Virus record (IMG/VR): IMGVR_UViG_3300015195_000002
Coordinates: 1-50,114 of that record
Length of the DNA: 50,114 nt
DNA from: a virus
Strand: one strand, 5' to 3'
The translations under genes were made by a program, and so were the position numbers. Position 1 is the first letter of the stretch. The number at the start of each line of letters is the position of its first letter. Positions 7,942 through 15,938 of the stretch are shown here, piece by piece. The notes under the pieces are model-generated. The model did not search any database, had not been told where the DNA came from, and worked only from the letters and a program-made list of their open reading frames with translations.

Positions 7942-8613
7942 CTAGATCGACTCGGACTGTGCCGGAAGAGACGAATGTCGGCGTTCGGCATACTGTGTGA
8001 ATGATTCACCGAGTATCAGGTGACGTATCCCTTCCTGCTCCAATGCGCCGACATCCTCGGCCGACAGATCATACGCAGTCACCAAGACCGGAACGAGTCG
8101 GCCGCCGCTTCCGCCCGACCATTTTTCCAAGTACCAATAGGCCCCCAGCAGAGACAGGTAAGTCTTGATCTGGCGAATGGCCTGCCCCAGGGGAACGGGG
8201 CGGATCTTGACTTCGACAATCACCTTCCCTTCCTCTTTGCTTGCCCTGCCAAGCTTCGACTCATCTCCCTGAAAGGCGTCTGCGAGTTCGTACTCTATCT
8301 GCCATTCCGCTTCGAATCCGATGACGACATCGATAAAGGCGATCGGCTTCGCCGACCGTTCGCTGGCCGTAACGATTTGCTCGGTGAGTGGCCGATAGTA
8401 GCGAAACGAACGGCGGACGTCCCTGTACTGCCGATGAACGTTGGAAGTATCTCTCCAGGCGGTCGCGCGCGGAAGCACTTTATCGACGATGATCCAGCCG
8501 ATCCGCTCTTTCGGATCAGCGATGTACTGGCAAGCCCAGTCATGCCTTTCATCGACCTTGTCGGGGTCAGAGAAACCCATCGAAGCCAAGAGTGTTCGCT
8601 CAGACGTTCGCAT
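7942..8613 (-). CDS. PD-(D/E)XK (RecB/Cas4-like) nuclease
   Basis: FIDVVIGFE ... VIVEVKIRP ... AIRQIKTYL gives the D, E-x-K and QxxxY motif order typical of RecB-family nucleases. Confidence 0.45.
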   Translation of the reverse strand: MRTSERTLLASMGFSDPDKVDERHDWACQYIADPKERIGWIIVDKVLPRATAWRDTSNVHRQYRDVRRSFRYYRPLTEQIVTASERSAKPIAFIDVVIGFEAEWQIEYELADAFQGDESKLGRASKEEGKVIVEVKIRPVPLGQAIRQIKTYLSLLGAYWYLEKWSGGSGGRLVPVLVTAYDLSAEDVGALEQEGIRHLILGESFTQYAERRHSSLPAQSESI

Positions 8614-10285
8614 TGTATCCCTCTCTGTTTTCGTCGTTTTCGTTGTATTCGTATGCGAGCTTTGCTTTTTCTAAATACTGCCGCGCCGGGCCAATGGTCT
8701 TTGGGATCGGGCGCGCGACCCAAATCTCCACCTCCCGGCCGCCCTCTCCTTTCTGGCGCTGCATTTCGATGCGGCCCGCGCGCCGCAGCTCGGAAAGCGC
8801 ACGGTCCAACTCTGCGACGGGCCGGTTCCGGCCAAGCGCCGCATGCAGGTCCGTCCGACTCGCGCCCTCCGGTCGGGCGAGCGCGGCGTCATAGAGCGCG
8901 TCCGCCATCGGATCGCCCGTCTGTTGCCCAAAGAGAACCTGCACGCTCGCCTCGCTGCGTTCCCAGACCGCCAGGGCGGCGAGCAGATGCTCAGGCAGGA
9001 TCGTTCCGAAGCCATCCAGCAGCGCGTATACCAAGGACAGCCGGGCCACGATGGGCGCTCGGCGCGCGATCAGCTCGCCAAACATCCCCGGAATGCTGCA
9101 GCGCAGTTCGGGATACACCGCTGCCCACATTCGTTTGGTCGCCTCGCTGCGTTCCGCCATGATCTTATCGCTTGCTAACTCTACTAACTCTCTAATACTA
9201 GATACATAGTTATTTAAGGAAGGTAGCACTCCCCCCTCGGGGAGGTATTGGCTGCGACGAACGAGCATCCAGAGGAAGCGATTGGCGAAGCCATTGGCGG
9301 CGTCCGCATCAGTGAGGTGCTGACGCAGAGCCTTCGGGGTGATGTGGCCCAACACGCTGACGTGAGCACCTGTCGCCCGCATCGGCGAGTTCTTGTTGAG
9401 GTTCTGGAGGTCGCCCTTGTCCCAGGCCTGACGAAGCTGCTCGGAGAGGACGTTTCCCGGCCGGTTCATGATCTTCAGCAGGCTCGACATCTCCGTCTCC
9501 AGCACGAGGCACCGCTTATCCTCAACGCCCTCATCCTCGATGACTGTCTCGAACTCCATCGTCATGCGCTTCGTCTTCTTGTCTTTGATCTGGACGCGCT
9601 TCTCGCGGCGGTCTCTGACGAAGGAGATTAGACCCTCGCCGGAGGCCACTCCGCCGACAACTTGCGTCTCCATGTATTCCGGGATCGCCCGATGAAGCAG
9701 CCATTGAATCGGGTCCCAGCTCGACCCCTTGCCGCCCTCGCCCGTCTCGCCCACCAGCGCGGCGAACAGATTCGCACCGTGCCGGGTCGCCAACACTCGA
9801 TAATGCGGGGAGCGCCCGATAGCGTTCCCGAATGTCACCAGGATGTTCAGGAGCAGTCCCGCGCGGTCCGCTTCCGTCTCGGGCGTGAACGCATCGACGA
9901 TCTCACCGGCGATCCCATGAAACGCCTCCGCTGCCAGATCGGCGGGCCATTCGATTTCCGTTTCATCGCGAGACGAATTCAACGAAACTAACGAATTCAG
10001 CCGCGGCGGGTCTGCAGCTTTCTCGGACGAATTCAACGAAACTAACGAATTCAGCGGCGAGTGCCCGTTCCTCGGACTCTGGCCCGCGCCGAGCACAACC
10101 CGAACGGCATCCCGGATCGACTCCGGCCGGCAGCGGTTCGAGCAGCTCTCCTCAATCGTGCCGTCCTGAAGCTCAGCGATCCGCAGCACGCCCCCACAAT
10201 TCGGGCAGGTTCCCTCGCGTCCAGTCCCCGTGTCATGCAGATCAGGAACGGCTCGCTCGTAAACAGAGAGCTTTTCACGTCTCAC
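8600..10285 (-). CDS. DUF3987-type replicative helicase/initiator with N-terminal zinc ribbon
   Basis: CPNCGG...CSNRC; LLLNILVTFGNAIG...ALVGETGEGGKGSS (P-loop-like). Size and position fit a replication block. Contains iterons and an AT-rich island. Confidence 0.5.
   Translation of the reverse strand: MRREKLSVYERAVPDLHDTGTGREGTCPNCGGVLRIAELQDGTIEESCSNRCRPESIRDAVRVVLGAGQSPRNGHSPLNSLVSLNSSEKAADPPRLNSLVSLNSSRDETEIEWPADLAAEAFHGIAGEIVDAFTPETEADRAGLLLNILVTFGNAIGRSPHYRVLATRHGANLFAALVGETGEGGKGSSWDPIQWLLHRAIPEYMETQVVGGVASGEGLISFVRDRREKRVQIKDKKTKRMTMEFETVIEDEGVEDKRCLVLETEMSSLLKIMNRPGNVLSEQLRQAWDKGDLQNLNKNSPMRATGAHVSVLGHITPKALRQHLTDADAANGFANRFLWMLVRRSQYLPEGGVLPSLNNYVSSIRELVELASDKIMAERSEATKRMWAAVYPELRCSIPGMFGELIARRAPIVARLSLVYALLDGFGTILPEHLLAALAVWERSEASVQVLFGQQTGDPMADALYDAALARPEGASRTDLHAALGRNRPVAELDRALSELRRAGRIEMQRQKGEGGREVEIWVARPIPKTIGPARQYLEKAKLAYEYNENDENREGYNANV
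9161..9244. other. AT-rich island with tandem 9-mers and a flanking GC hairpin inside the helicase gene (candidate DNA-unwinding element)
   Basis: gatcttatcgcttgCTAACTCTACTAACTCTCtaatactagatacatagttatttaagg followed by CTCCCCcctcGGGGAG. The coding frame here uses rare TTA/AGA/GTA/AGT/ATT codons. Confidence 0.4.
9972..10055. repeat. Two identical 30-bp direct repeats 54 bp apart (four ACGAATTCA boxes); candidate iterons
   Basis: GACGAATTCAACGAAACTAACGAATTCAGC at 9972..10001 and 10026..10055. GAATTC at 9975, 9993, 10029, 10047. Encodes the duplicated LNSLVSLNSS. Confidence 0.75.
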
Positions 10286-10592
10286 TCAGCCCCTCATCCT
10301 TACGCTCAGCGGCCCACCACCCTATTCCAAACTGCGGGCAGTGCTCCAGAAGGCGAATCTCCACCAGGTCCCCCGGCTGAAAGCCGAGGTCTCCGAGGTG
10401 AGGTTCAAGGGGCAGGTGCCCATCCTCCGAGCGGAACTGCCACTGTTCTCGGTGAAGGGTGAGGATCAACCGCGCGCGGGCGGTAGGGGTCTCGTTGGCT
10501 TCCATAGTGAGAGAAGACTCTCTTACGCCCGCTTGACTAGCGAGCAAACAAAAGGCCCCGAACCGTTCGTGGTCCGGGGCAAGATTACGCAC
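10275..10592 (-). CDS. Possible AbrB/MazE-type (SpoVT-AbrB fold) DNA-binding protein
   Basis: LPLEPHLGDLGFQPGDLVEIRLLE resembles the AbrB looped-hinge motif. The start is uncertain (GTG 10592 or ATG 10505). Confidence 0.3.
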   Translation of the reverse strand: MRNLAPDHERFGAFCLLASQAGVRESSLTMEANETPTARARLILTLHREQWQFRSEDGHLPLEPHLGDLGFQPGDLVEIRLLEHCPQFGIGWWAAERKDEGLSET

Positions 10593-11211
10593 CCTGCAGG
10601 ATTGCGGACGGCTCGCGCTCGCCGGCCAATCGGGCTTTCCCGTCGGCTACACAGAGCACCACGCCATCGAACTTACGCCGGGAGACTTCGGCCGTCCGCT
10701 CGTCCACTGGCTGCCCGCAGATGGCACACATCGCCACGGCAGGGCTTGCCTCGGCGGCTTTCCGCTCCGCTGTATCCTTTGGATCGTGCTTCGCCCGCTG
10801 CGCCTGCTGTGGCCGCTGTGGCGCGTCCTGGTGGCCGTTCGTGGCCTCGCTGTCGGGGCCCAACTCTTCCACCGCAGCCATCGCTATGTTCGTCGCCCAG
10901 CGGAGGGCGCGAGCAATGGCACGAGTCTCCGCATGCCGAAGGTAAGCGCCGCGCATCTGGCTGTTGCCCGGGCCAGCGTCCCCATACCCGCTCCACAGCA
11001 GCGGCTCGCCCTCCGGCTGACTGAACCGGCAGAACGCCTGCACGACCCATGTGTCCTTCTCCGGCTGGGAGAACTTCTCCACAATGGCCGTCTCGATGGC
11101 CTGCAGCCCGATCCGGTGCGCCAGATCGAGCAAGCCGCCGAGCATCACAAAGGGCTTCCCCTTCAACTCCACGATAAACTTGGGATCGACCGTTCTGTCT
11201 TCTCGATTCAT
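10585..11211 (-). CDS. Putative single-strand annealing protein (Rad52/Sak-like) with C-terminal zinc ribbon
   Basis: GKPFVMLGGLLDLAHRIGL...GYGDAGPGN...YLRHAETRAIARALRWATNI resembles the annealase core; C-terminal CAICGQ...VLCVADG. Confidence 0.4.
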   Translation of the reverse strand: MNREDRTVDPKFIVELKGKPFVMLGGLLDLAHRIGLQAIETAIVEKFSQPEKDTWVVQAFCRFSQPEGEPLLWSGYGDAGPGNSQMRGAYLRHAETRAIARALRWATNIAMAAVEELGPDSEATNGHQDAPQRPQQAQRAKHDPKDTAERKAAEASPAVAMCAICGQPVDERTAEVSRRKFDGVVLCVADGKARLAGEREPSAILQGA

Positions 11212-11507
11212 GTCATCAGCTCCGAACAGCCATTTGTTGAGCAGTGAAAATGCACGTGTCCATTCTCCTCACTCACCGTGAACCGGATCACGCCCACCTC
11301 ACAGCAGGGACAGATCAGTCGCCCGGTGATCCCGCGCCGGCTGCCGACCTGCTCCACGACCGCCGCCATCGCCGCAAGACTCCGCGTCAGCTTCTCGCCG
11401 GCCGCCTGGCGATCCGCCGCCTGGAGCTTCGAGAGAGCGCGCTCGCGCAATACTCGGGCTCGATCCCACGCCGTCTTCGTCTGCAGCCCGCGTCGGCCGC
11501 GCTGCAT
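11208..11507 (-). CDS. Small Cys/His-rich protein
   Basis: Track ORF 11208..11531. ICPCCEVG...HFHCSTNGC. ATG 11507 overlaps the upstream TGA (TGATG). Confidence 0.45.
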   Translation of the reverse strand: MQRGRRGLQTKTAWDRARVLRERALSKLQAADRQAAGEKLTRSLAAMAAVVEQVGSRRGITGRLICPCCEVGVIRFTVSEENGHVHFHCSTNGCSELMT

Positions 11508-11728
11508 CAAAACTCCTCCGTATGGCAGCAAGAGGAGCAGACGGCAAAGGCCCGATAGCTGCGACTCGCCTGATTGAAAAACGGGCGATATTCAGGAGAG
11601 GCCGAGCCGCATTCGCTGCAATGACTCTCGCGGCAGACCCTCTCATCAATCTCCACCGCGCCGGGAGGCGCTCCCGGTCCATAGCCCTGCATCTCCATCC
11701 ATTCTTCGAGGTCAAAAGCAGCGTTCAT
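11507..11728 (-). CDS. Small zinc-ribbon protein
   Basis: Track ORF 11507..11863. MNAAFDLEEW...CRESHCSECG...CSSCCH. TGATG coupling at 11728. Confidence 0.45.
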   Translation of the reverse strand: MNAAFDLEEWMEMQGYGPGAPPGAVEIDERVCRESHCSECGSASPEYRPFFNQASRSYRAFAVCSSCCHTEEF

Positions 11729-11934
11729 CACCGTTCCTCCAGTGTCATCCGCGCGATCCGCTTCGCCACCGCGCAGCTGCGCCCCGCGCCGAGCACCCGG
11801 CCGCCCGGCCCGCGGATCACCCAGGTCGATCCCTCGAGGCTGGGTCGAAAACATGCCCAACACCAGACCCCATTGACCTGCAGCCGGAAGCCGCGGGTCA
11901 TCGGCGGATAGCAGACGTCAAACCGTGGGCTCAT
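11728..11934 (-). CDS. Hypothetical small protein (68 aa)
   Basis: Track ORF 11728..12000. ATG 11934 makes an ATGA overlap with the upstream stop. Confidence 0.4.
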   Translation of the reverse strand: MSPRFDVCYPPMTRGFRLQVNGVWCWACFRPSLEGSTWVIRGPGGRVLGAGRSCAVAKRIARMTLEER

Positions 11935-12140
11935 CGCCATTTCGCCCACAAGTCCTTCCCCGGCACCCGGATTTTGAAGGCTGCCAGCTCCTCGATCCAC
12001 GCTTCCAGCCGCTCCTGATCGTCCTGCCGCTTGAGCATCCGCTGCGCCGTCTTCAGTGCCATCTCGGCGAGCCCAATCTGAACGCGAAAACGGTCTAGCC
12101 GCGTGTAACTGGCCTTGTACTGGCGCTCTTGCTCATTCAT
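11931..12140 (-). CDS. Hypothetical small protein (69 aa)
   Basis: Track ORF 11931..12167. ATG 12140 (MNEQERQ) makes an ATGA overlap. Confidence 0.45.
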   Translation of the reverse strand: MNEQERQYKASYTRLDRFRVQIGLAEMALKTAQRMLKRQDDQERLEAWIEELAAFKIRVPGKDLWAKWR

Positions 12141-12328
12141 TCTGGAGCTTCCTCGCCCTCGGCCCACTGCGCGACGATCATCTTGATTTGCTGCACAAGG
12201 GTTCGGAAGCCGCGCTCAGCAGCCGCCTCCGCCTTCTGTAGAACTATGGGGTCCATCGCGACCGCGATAATGAAAGCACCGTTGGGTCTTGGCTTTCGCT
12301 CGCTCATTCGCTTCTCACCTCTACTCAT
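12137..12328 (-). CDS. Possible ribbon-helix-helix (Arc/CopG-like) protein
   Basis: Track ORF 12137..12394. GAFIIAVAMDPIVLQKAEAAAERGFRTLVQQIKMIV fits a strand-helix-helix pattern. ATGA coupling at 12328. Confidence 0.3.
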   Translation of the reverse strand: MSRGEKRMSERKPRPNGAFIIAVAMDPIVLQKAEAAAERGFRTLVQQIKMIVAQWAEGEEAPE

Positions 12329-12537
12329 CTGGTCCTCGCCTCTCGCCGCGCTCGGCCCATCGCCACATCTTCCAGGTCCTTGGCGAACGCCCAAAGCCGG
12401 TGGCTCTGCTGCAAGCAGGCGTGCCGATGGAGCGGATCGCCGGAGTCAACGCTCGCCCGGTCTAAGAGGACGATGGCTCTCCCCAGGTCACGGATCAACT
12501 CCTCGGCTTGGTCATGCCCCATCTCGAAAACGATCAT
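12325..12537 (-). CDS. Hypothetical small protein (70 aa)
   Basis: Track ORF; ATGA coupling at both ends. Confidence 0.45.
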   Translation of the reverse strand: MIVFEMGHDQAEELIRDLGRAIVLLDRASVDSGDPLHRHACLQQSHRLWAFAKDLEDVAMGRARREARTR

Positions 12538-12734
12538 CGCTCCCTCTCCAACTCCGTGAGCCAGGCGATCAGGCTCCGCATTTCATCGCATGTCCCGAAC
12601 AAGAGCGCCATCTCGGAGTCGCTCAGCCCGATGTCCTCGCCCTGGCGCACGAGCGCCATGAACATCTGCAGCGCCCGCTCAGCCGTGCGCCGGTGGCGCG
12701 CGGCCTCCGGGTGGGACTCGTTGGCGGCGGTCAA
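12534..12734 (-). CDS. Hypothetical small protein (66 aa, TTG start)
   Basis: Track ORF 12534..12878. The in-frame TTG at 12734 makes a TTGA overlap with the upstream stop. Confidence 0.35.
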   Translation of the reverse strand: MTAANESHPEAARHRRTAERALQMFMALVRQGEDIGLSDSEMALLFGTCDEMRSLIAWLTELERER

Positions 12735-13016
12735 CGCCTTCCCTCGATCGCCCACCGGTTCAGGTCGGGCCTGGCATCCGGCGCGTCCCCCGCGCAGCGC
12801 ATCCAGCCGTTGTCGGTCCAGCGACAGAACCAGCCGCGTCCCATGGCTTCCAACTCTCCCGGCCACCAGCCCGTCCAAAGAGACAATCGGGGGTCATGGC
12901 CTTCACAATCTTTACACCAGCCGCTGGCCGCCGCAAACGGAACAGCGTTCCACGTCACAGCCGCGCTCATGGGGCTCTCCTGGACTCGTGGCGCAGTCAG
13001 GGCAATTCGGGCTCAT
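12731..13016 (-). CDS. Cys/Trp-rich zinc-ribbon protein, apparently split by a 1-nt frame change near 12915..12920
   Basis: Frame A (13016..12912) reads [34 protein letters not shown]. Frame B (track ORF 12731..12970) continues ...[56 protein letters not shown]. Confidence 0.4.
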
Positions 13017-13108
13017 GACGCCTCACTGATTCATTCCTCACGCCGTCTTCACGCACGGGAGCGGCTCCAATGCCGGCGGATGATCCCTCAGATCTGTTCA
13101 CAGGTTTC

Positions 13109-13339
13109 TCATTCTTGGCGGCTTGCTGATTGGTCGGTTACAATGAGGTCGGGTGTTTGCTCTGTGGGGAAGTGGGGCCCGAGCAGTTTTCCGGGCTGCT
13201 CGGCCCTTTTTGTTGCCGGGGGACTCATCGTGCCTTCATCCTGTCCGTCCTGTCCTTCCCGCCGAAGTCGGGCGCGCTCGATGGCCCGACCGATGGCCGC
13301 CAGCGCCGCTTCTATTTCATGGCCGGCAGAAGGGAGCAT
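13109..13339 (-). CDS. Hypothetical protein (76 aa)
   Basis: Track ORF 13109..13396. ATG 13339 lies 1 nt after the Cro-like stop. Confidence 0.4.
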   Translation of the reverse strand: MLPSAGHEIEAALAAIGRAIERARLRREGQDGQDEGTMSPPATKRAEQPGKLLGPHFPTEQTPDLIVTDQSASRQE

Positions 13340-13340
13340 G

Positions 13341-13547
13341 TCAGGGGGCCGCCGCCGAGTCGTCGCGCACCCAGTCTTGCCGGATGCCATAGTCATCCGC
13401 CCAGCGCTTGACTGTGCTCTGCTCTACGTTGAACAAGGCCGCAATCTCTTTCCAGCGGTTCCCCTCCCGCAGCCGGTCCAGGATGATCTCCCCCACCGGT
13501 CGTCCGAACCGCAAGGCCAGTTGATCCGCCACCGGTCTCTTTCGCAT
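13341..13547 (-). CDS. Cro-like HTH protein, first gene of the leftward early operon
   Basis: GNRWKEIAALFNVEQSTVKRWADDYGI (HTH). SD AGGAGGAG upstream. Divergent from the repressor gene across a 97-bp switch region. Confidence 0.6.
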   Translation of the reverse strand: MRKRPVADQLALRFGRPVGEIILDRLREGNRWKEIAALFNVEQSTVKRWADDYGIRQDWVRDDSAAAP

Positions 13548-13576
13548 CTCTCCTCCTCTTTCCTCGTGGTTCTTGC

Positions 13577-13605
13577 ATTATAGTGCAACTTGCTAACATT
13601 GTCAA
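13577..13605 (-). promoter_or_regulatory. Consensus sigma-70-type promoter for the Cro-like/early operon (TTGACA-17-TATAAT)
   Basis: Minus strand: TTGACA at 13605..13600, a 17-nt spacer, TATAAT at 13582..13577. Palindrome TTGCAttatagTGCAA (13573..13588) covers the -10. Confidence 0.7.
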
Positions 13606-13627
13606 TAATGAAACACTACACTACAAT
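13599..13627 (+). promoter_or_regulatory. Sigma-70-type promoter for the repressor gene (TTGTCA-17-TACAAT)
   Basis: TTGTCA 13599..13604, a 17-nt spacer, TACAAT 13622..13627. Its -35 overlaps the -35 of the divergent promoter. Confidence 0.6.
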
Positions 13628-13644
13628 GAAGGCGAGGAGGCAGC

Positions 13645-14160
13645 ATGACGAAAAAGGAGAGCGGAGCGCGACTGGGCCAGTTGGCGGCTGACCGAGGCTT
13701 GAGCGCCTATGCCATCGCCCGCAAGCTCGGGGTGAGCCACACGACGGCGTACGGGTGGTTAGAAGGAAAGTTTCGACCGGGCCGCGAGCATTTGCCGGGG
13801 TTAGCCCGACTGTTGGAGGTCACGATGGGGGAGATCAGCACCGAGGGCGCGGAATTCGCCGCCGAGCGCAGCCGGGAGGTGGCAGCGGCGCTCTTGCGCG
13901 TCGTCGAGGCCTGCCTCGCGGGTGAAGGGATCGTGCCGGCGACGACGGCAGAAACCGGGGAGGCTGCTCCGTTTCTCCCCGAAGAGTTGGCGTTAGTTGA
14001 ACAGCTTACTGCGGCGGACCTGATCGCCTACTTCGATGAGCGGGCGGGTGGGGCGTTTCGCGACTTGCCTGTTGATCGCAAACTGGCACTGATCCAGACG
14101 ATCCTGAACCCTGATCCGGCGGCGCCGAACGCCGAGCCCGAGACAACACCCGAGCGATAA
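13645..14160 (+). CDS. XRE-family (CI-like) repressor without a recognisable S24 peptidase domain
   Basis: LGQLAADRGLSAYAIARKLGVSHTTAYGWLEGKFRP (HTH_3-like). SD GAGGAGG upstream. Sits next to the integrase. Confidence 0.65.
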   Translation: MTKKESGARLGQLAADRGLSAYAIARKLGVSHTTAYGWLEGKFRPGREHLPGLARLLEVTMGEISTEGAEFAAERSREVAAALLRVVEACLAGEGIVPATTAETGEAAPFLPEELALVEQLTAADLIAYFDERAGGAFRDLPVDRKLALIQTILNPDPAAPNAEPETTPER

Positions 14161-14315
14161 TCCGCAGCGCCCTCTCGACCGCTTCAGTCGGCATGATTGG
14201 TCCCTCTTGCACAATTATATCGAACTGTTGTTCTATTTATTTCGGCGTCAAGATGGGTTCTCCTCCTCGAATCTAGGTTATCGGTCAATCGCTTGCTCTC
14301 CCAAAGGCCAGAAAC

Positions 14316-15875
14316 ATGGACCGACCGGCCAATTCTTTCGACCCGGCGCGCTGCTATCTGTATCTTCGTAAGAGCCGCGACGAGGAGAAGGACCCGCACA
14401 TCCTCGACAACCACCGAATTCTGCTCCTGCGAACGATGGCCGCGGACGGGATCTCCATTCCCGCCGACAACATGTTCGAGGAGATCGGCACGGCGGAACT
14501 GATCGAGAGTCGCCCGGTGTTCCGGCGCTTGATGCACCTCTGGGAGCGCCTCCCCTATCAGGCCGGCGGGATGGTCACCGTGGTCGAGATGAGCCGCCTC
14601 TCGCGCGGCAGCCTCTCCCAGCAGGGGCGCGTTCAGGACACGCTGACGCGGGCCGATATCCGCATTCGCACGCCGGAGCGGTACTATGATCTCTCCGTGT
14701 TCGAGGACCGGATCGCCTTCAACTGCCTGGGGTTGATCTCCAACGCCGAGCAGGAGTTATTCAAGCTGCGCGTCCGCCGCGCCTGGGATGAGATGCTCCG
14801 GCGCGGGCTCATTCGCAACGGGCAGGCTCCTTGGGGTTATCTCTGGAGCAAAGACGAGGAGAACCTGCTTCCCGAGCCGCTCCGCTTCCCGCTGCTCTGT
14901 CGCGCCTGCCGGGAGGTGCTCACCCGCAGCGTCAAGAGCCTGGCGCGGGACTACGGCGTCCCGGAGACGAACCTCCTCTCCGCGCTGCGTAATCCGACGA
15001 TCTGCGGCTGGCCTGCCGTTCGCCACGGCCCCACTGGGGAGCTGGATCGGCACGGCCGCCGCGACTATACCCGCCTGCCCCGTGCGGACTGGCGCTGGCC
15101 GGAACAGGTCAATGACCGGTATCCCCACGCCTGCACCCGCTCCGAGTGGGAGGCGATCCAGGAAACACTCGACCGGCGCCGCACCGGACGCAGCAAGCTC
15201 ACCGGCGCGGGCTGGTGCCGCGATATCGTCCGCTTCGCCGCCTTTCCCGCCCCGGCTCGCTGTGGCTCCTACGCTGTCCCCGGTCGGTATCGCCTCCTCT
15301 ATGAAGTGCTGCCCCCCGGCCGTCCGAAGCTGTACATCGAGCGCGGGATCGTCCACGCCGCCGCGGAGAGCGCCCTCGCCCATCTCTTTGAACAGCCCGC
15401 GGCGATCCGGACGGCGCTGGCCGCTTATGAGCGCGAGGAAGGCCGTACCGCCGAGCACGCCCTCTCCCTGGAGGAACTGCTCAACGAGCGCGATCGGCAT
15501 GAGCGGCACCTCCTGCAGTTGCTCGAACGCGAACTCGATGCCGACAGCCCCGCCGCGCTGCGCCGGATCGCCACGCTGCGCGCCGAGAAGGAGGCGGCCG
15601 TCGAGCGCCTCACTCGCCAGATCGAGGAGATCCAAAACCTCACCCTACCCGGCGCCGCCGGCTTCGCCATCCTGCGCGCCGTGCCCCTCGACAGCGATCC
15701 GTTCCCCGAGTGGTGGGCTGAGATGGAGGAGGCTGAGCGCCGACTCGTCGCCCGCGCCTTCTTCGCCTCGATCGAGGTGACGATCCGTCCCGACCACCCG
15801 GCGCATCACCGAGAGGTGACCGCTGTCCATCTGCGCCCCGAGTGGTTGGCCTGGCTCGATAAGCTGCATGGCTGA
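14316..15875 (+). CDS. int: Large serine recombinase (integrase)
   Basis: CYLYLRKSRDEE...VVEMSRLSR (resolvase catalytic domain), GQAPWGYLW (recombinase domain), C-terminal coiled coil; 519 aa. Confidence 0.8.
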   Translation: MDRPANSFDPARCYLYLRKSRDEEKDPHILDNHRILLLRTMAADGISIPADNMFEEIGTAELIESRPVFRRLMHLWERLPYQAGGMVTVVEMSRLSRGSLSQQGRVQDTLTRADIRIRTPERYYDLSVFEDRIAFNCLGLISNAEQELFKLRVRRAWDEMLRRGLIRNGQAPWGYLWSKDEENLLPEPLRFPLLCRACREVLTRSVKSLARDYGVPETNLLSALRNPTICGWPAVRHGPTGELDRHGRRDYTRLPRADWRWPEQVNDRYPHACTRSEWEAIQETLDRRRTGRSKLTGAGWCRDIVRFAAFPAPARCGSYAVPGRYRLLYEVLPPGRPKLYIERGIVHAAAESALAHLFEQPAAIRTALAAYEREEGRTAEHALSLEELLNERDRHERHLLQLLERELDADSPAALRRIATLRAEKEAAVERLTRQIEEIQNLTLPGAAGFAILRAVPLDSDPFPEWWAEMEEAERRLVARAFFASIEVTIRPDHPAHHREVTAVHLRPEWLAWLDKLHG

Positions 15876-15938
15876 GTGCGCGGCAATAGACCTGTTCCCG
15901 TTCACTTAGCCATGCAAAGAAAACCATTCCTATCAACG

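Noticed and set aside
8311-8319. TTCGAATCC, a tRNA T-loop-like string
   Set aside because: The flanking bases cannot form a T stem or the rest of a cloverleaf, and it lies inside a well-supported CDS. No tRNA was recognised by eye anywhere in the window, though no tRNA-scanning program was available.
9972-10055. Direct repeats and Pro-Thr coding repeats considered as a possible CRISPR array
   Set aside because: There are only two 30-bp copies, inside a CDS with a 24-bp spacer. The PT tracts are low-complexity coding sequence. No repeat-spacer periodicity or cas genes are present.
14161-14315. AT-richer gap upstream of the integrase, and the gap 15876..15938 downstream, examined for attP
   Set aside because: Serine-integrase attP sites are short imperfect inverted repeats that I could not identify with confidence by eye. 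Comparison with a host attB or prophage junctions is needed.
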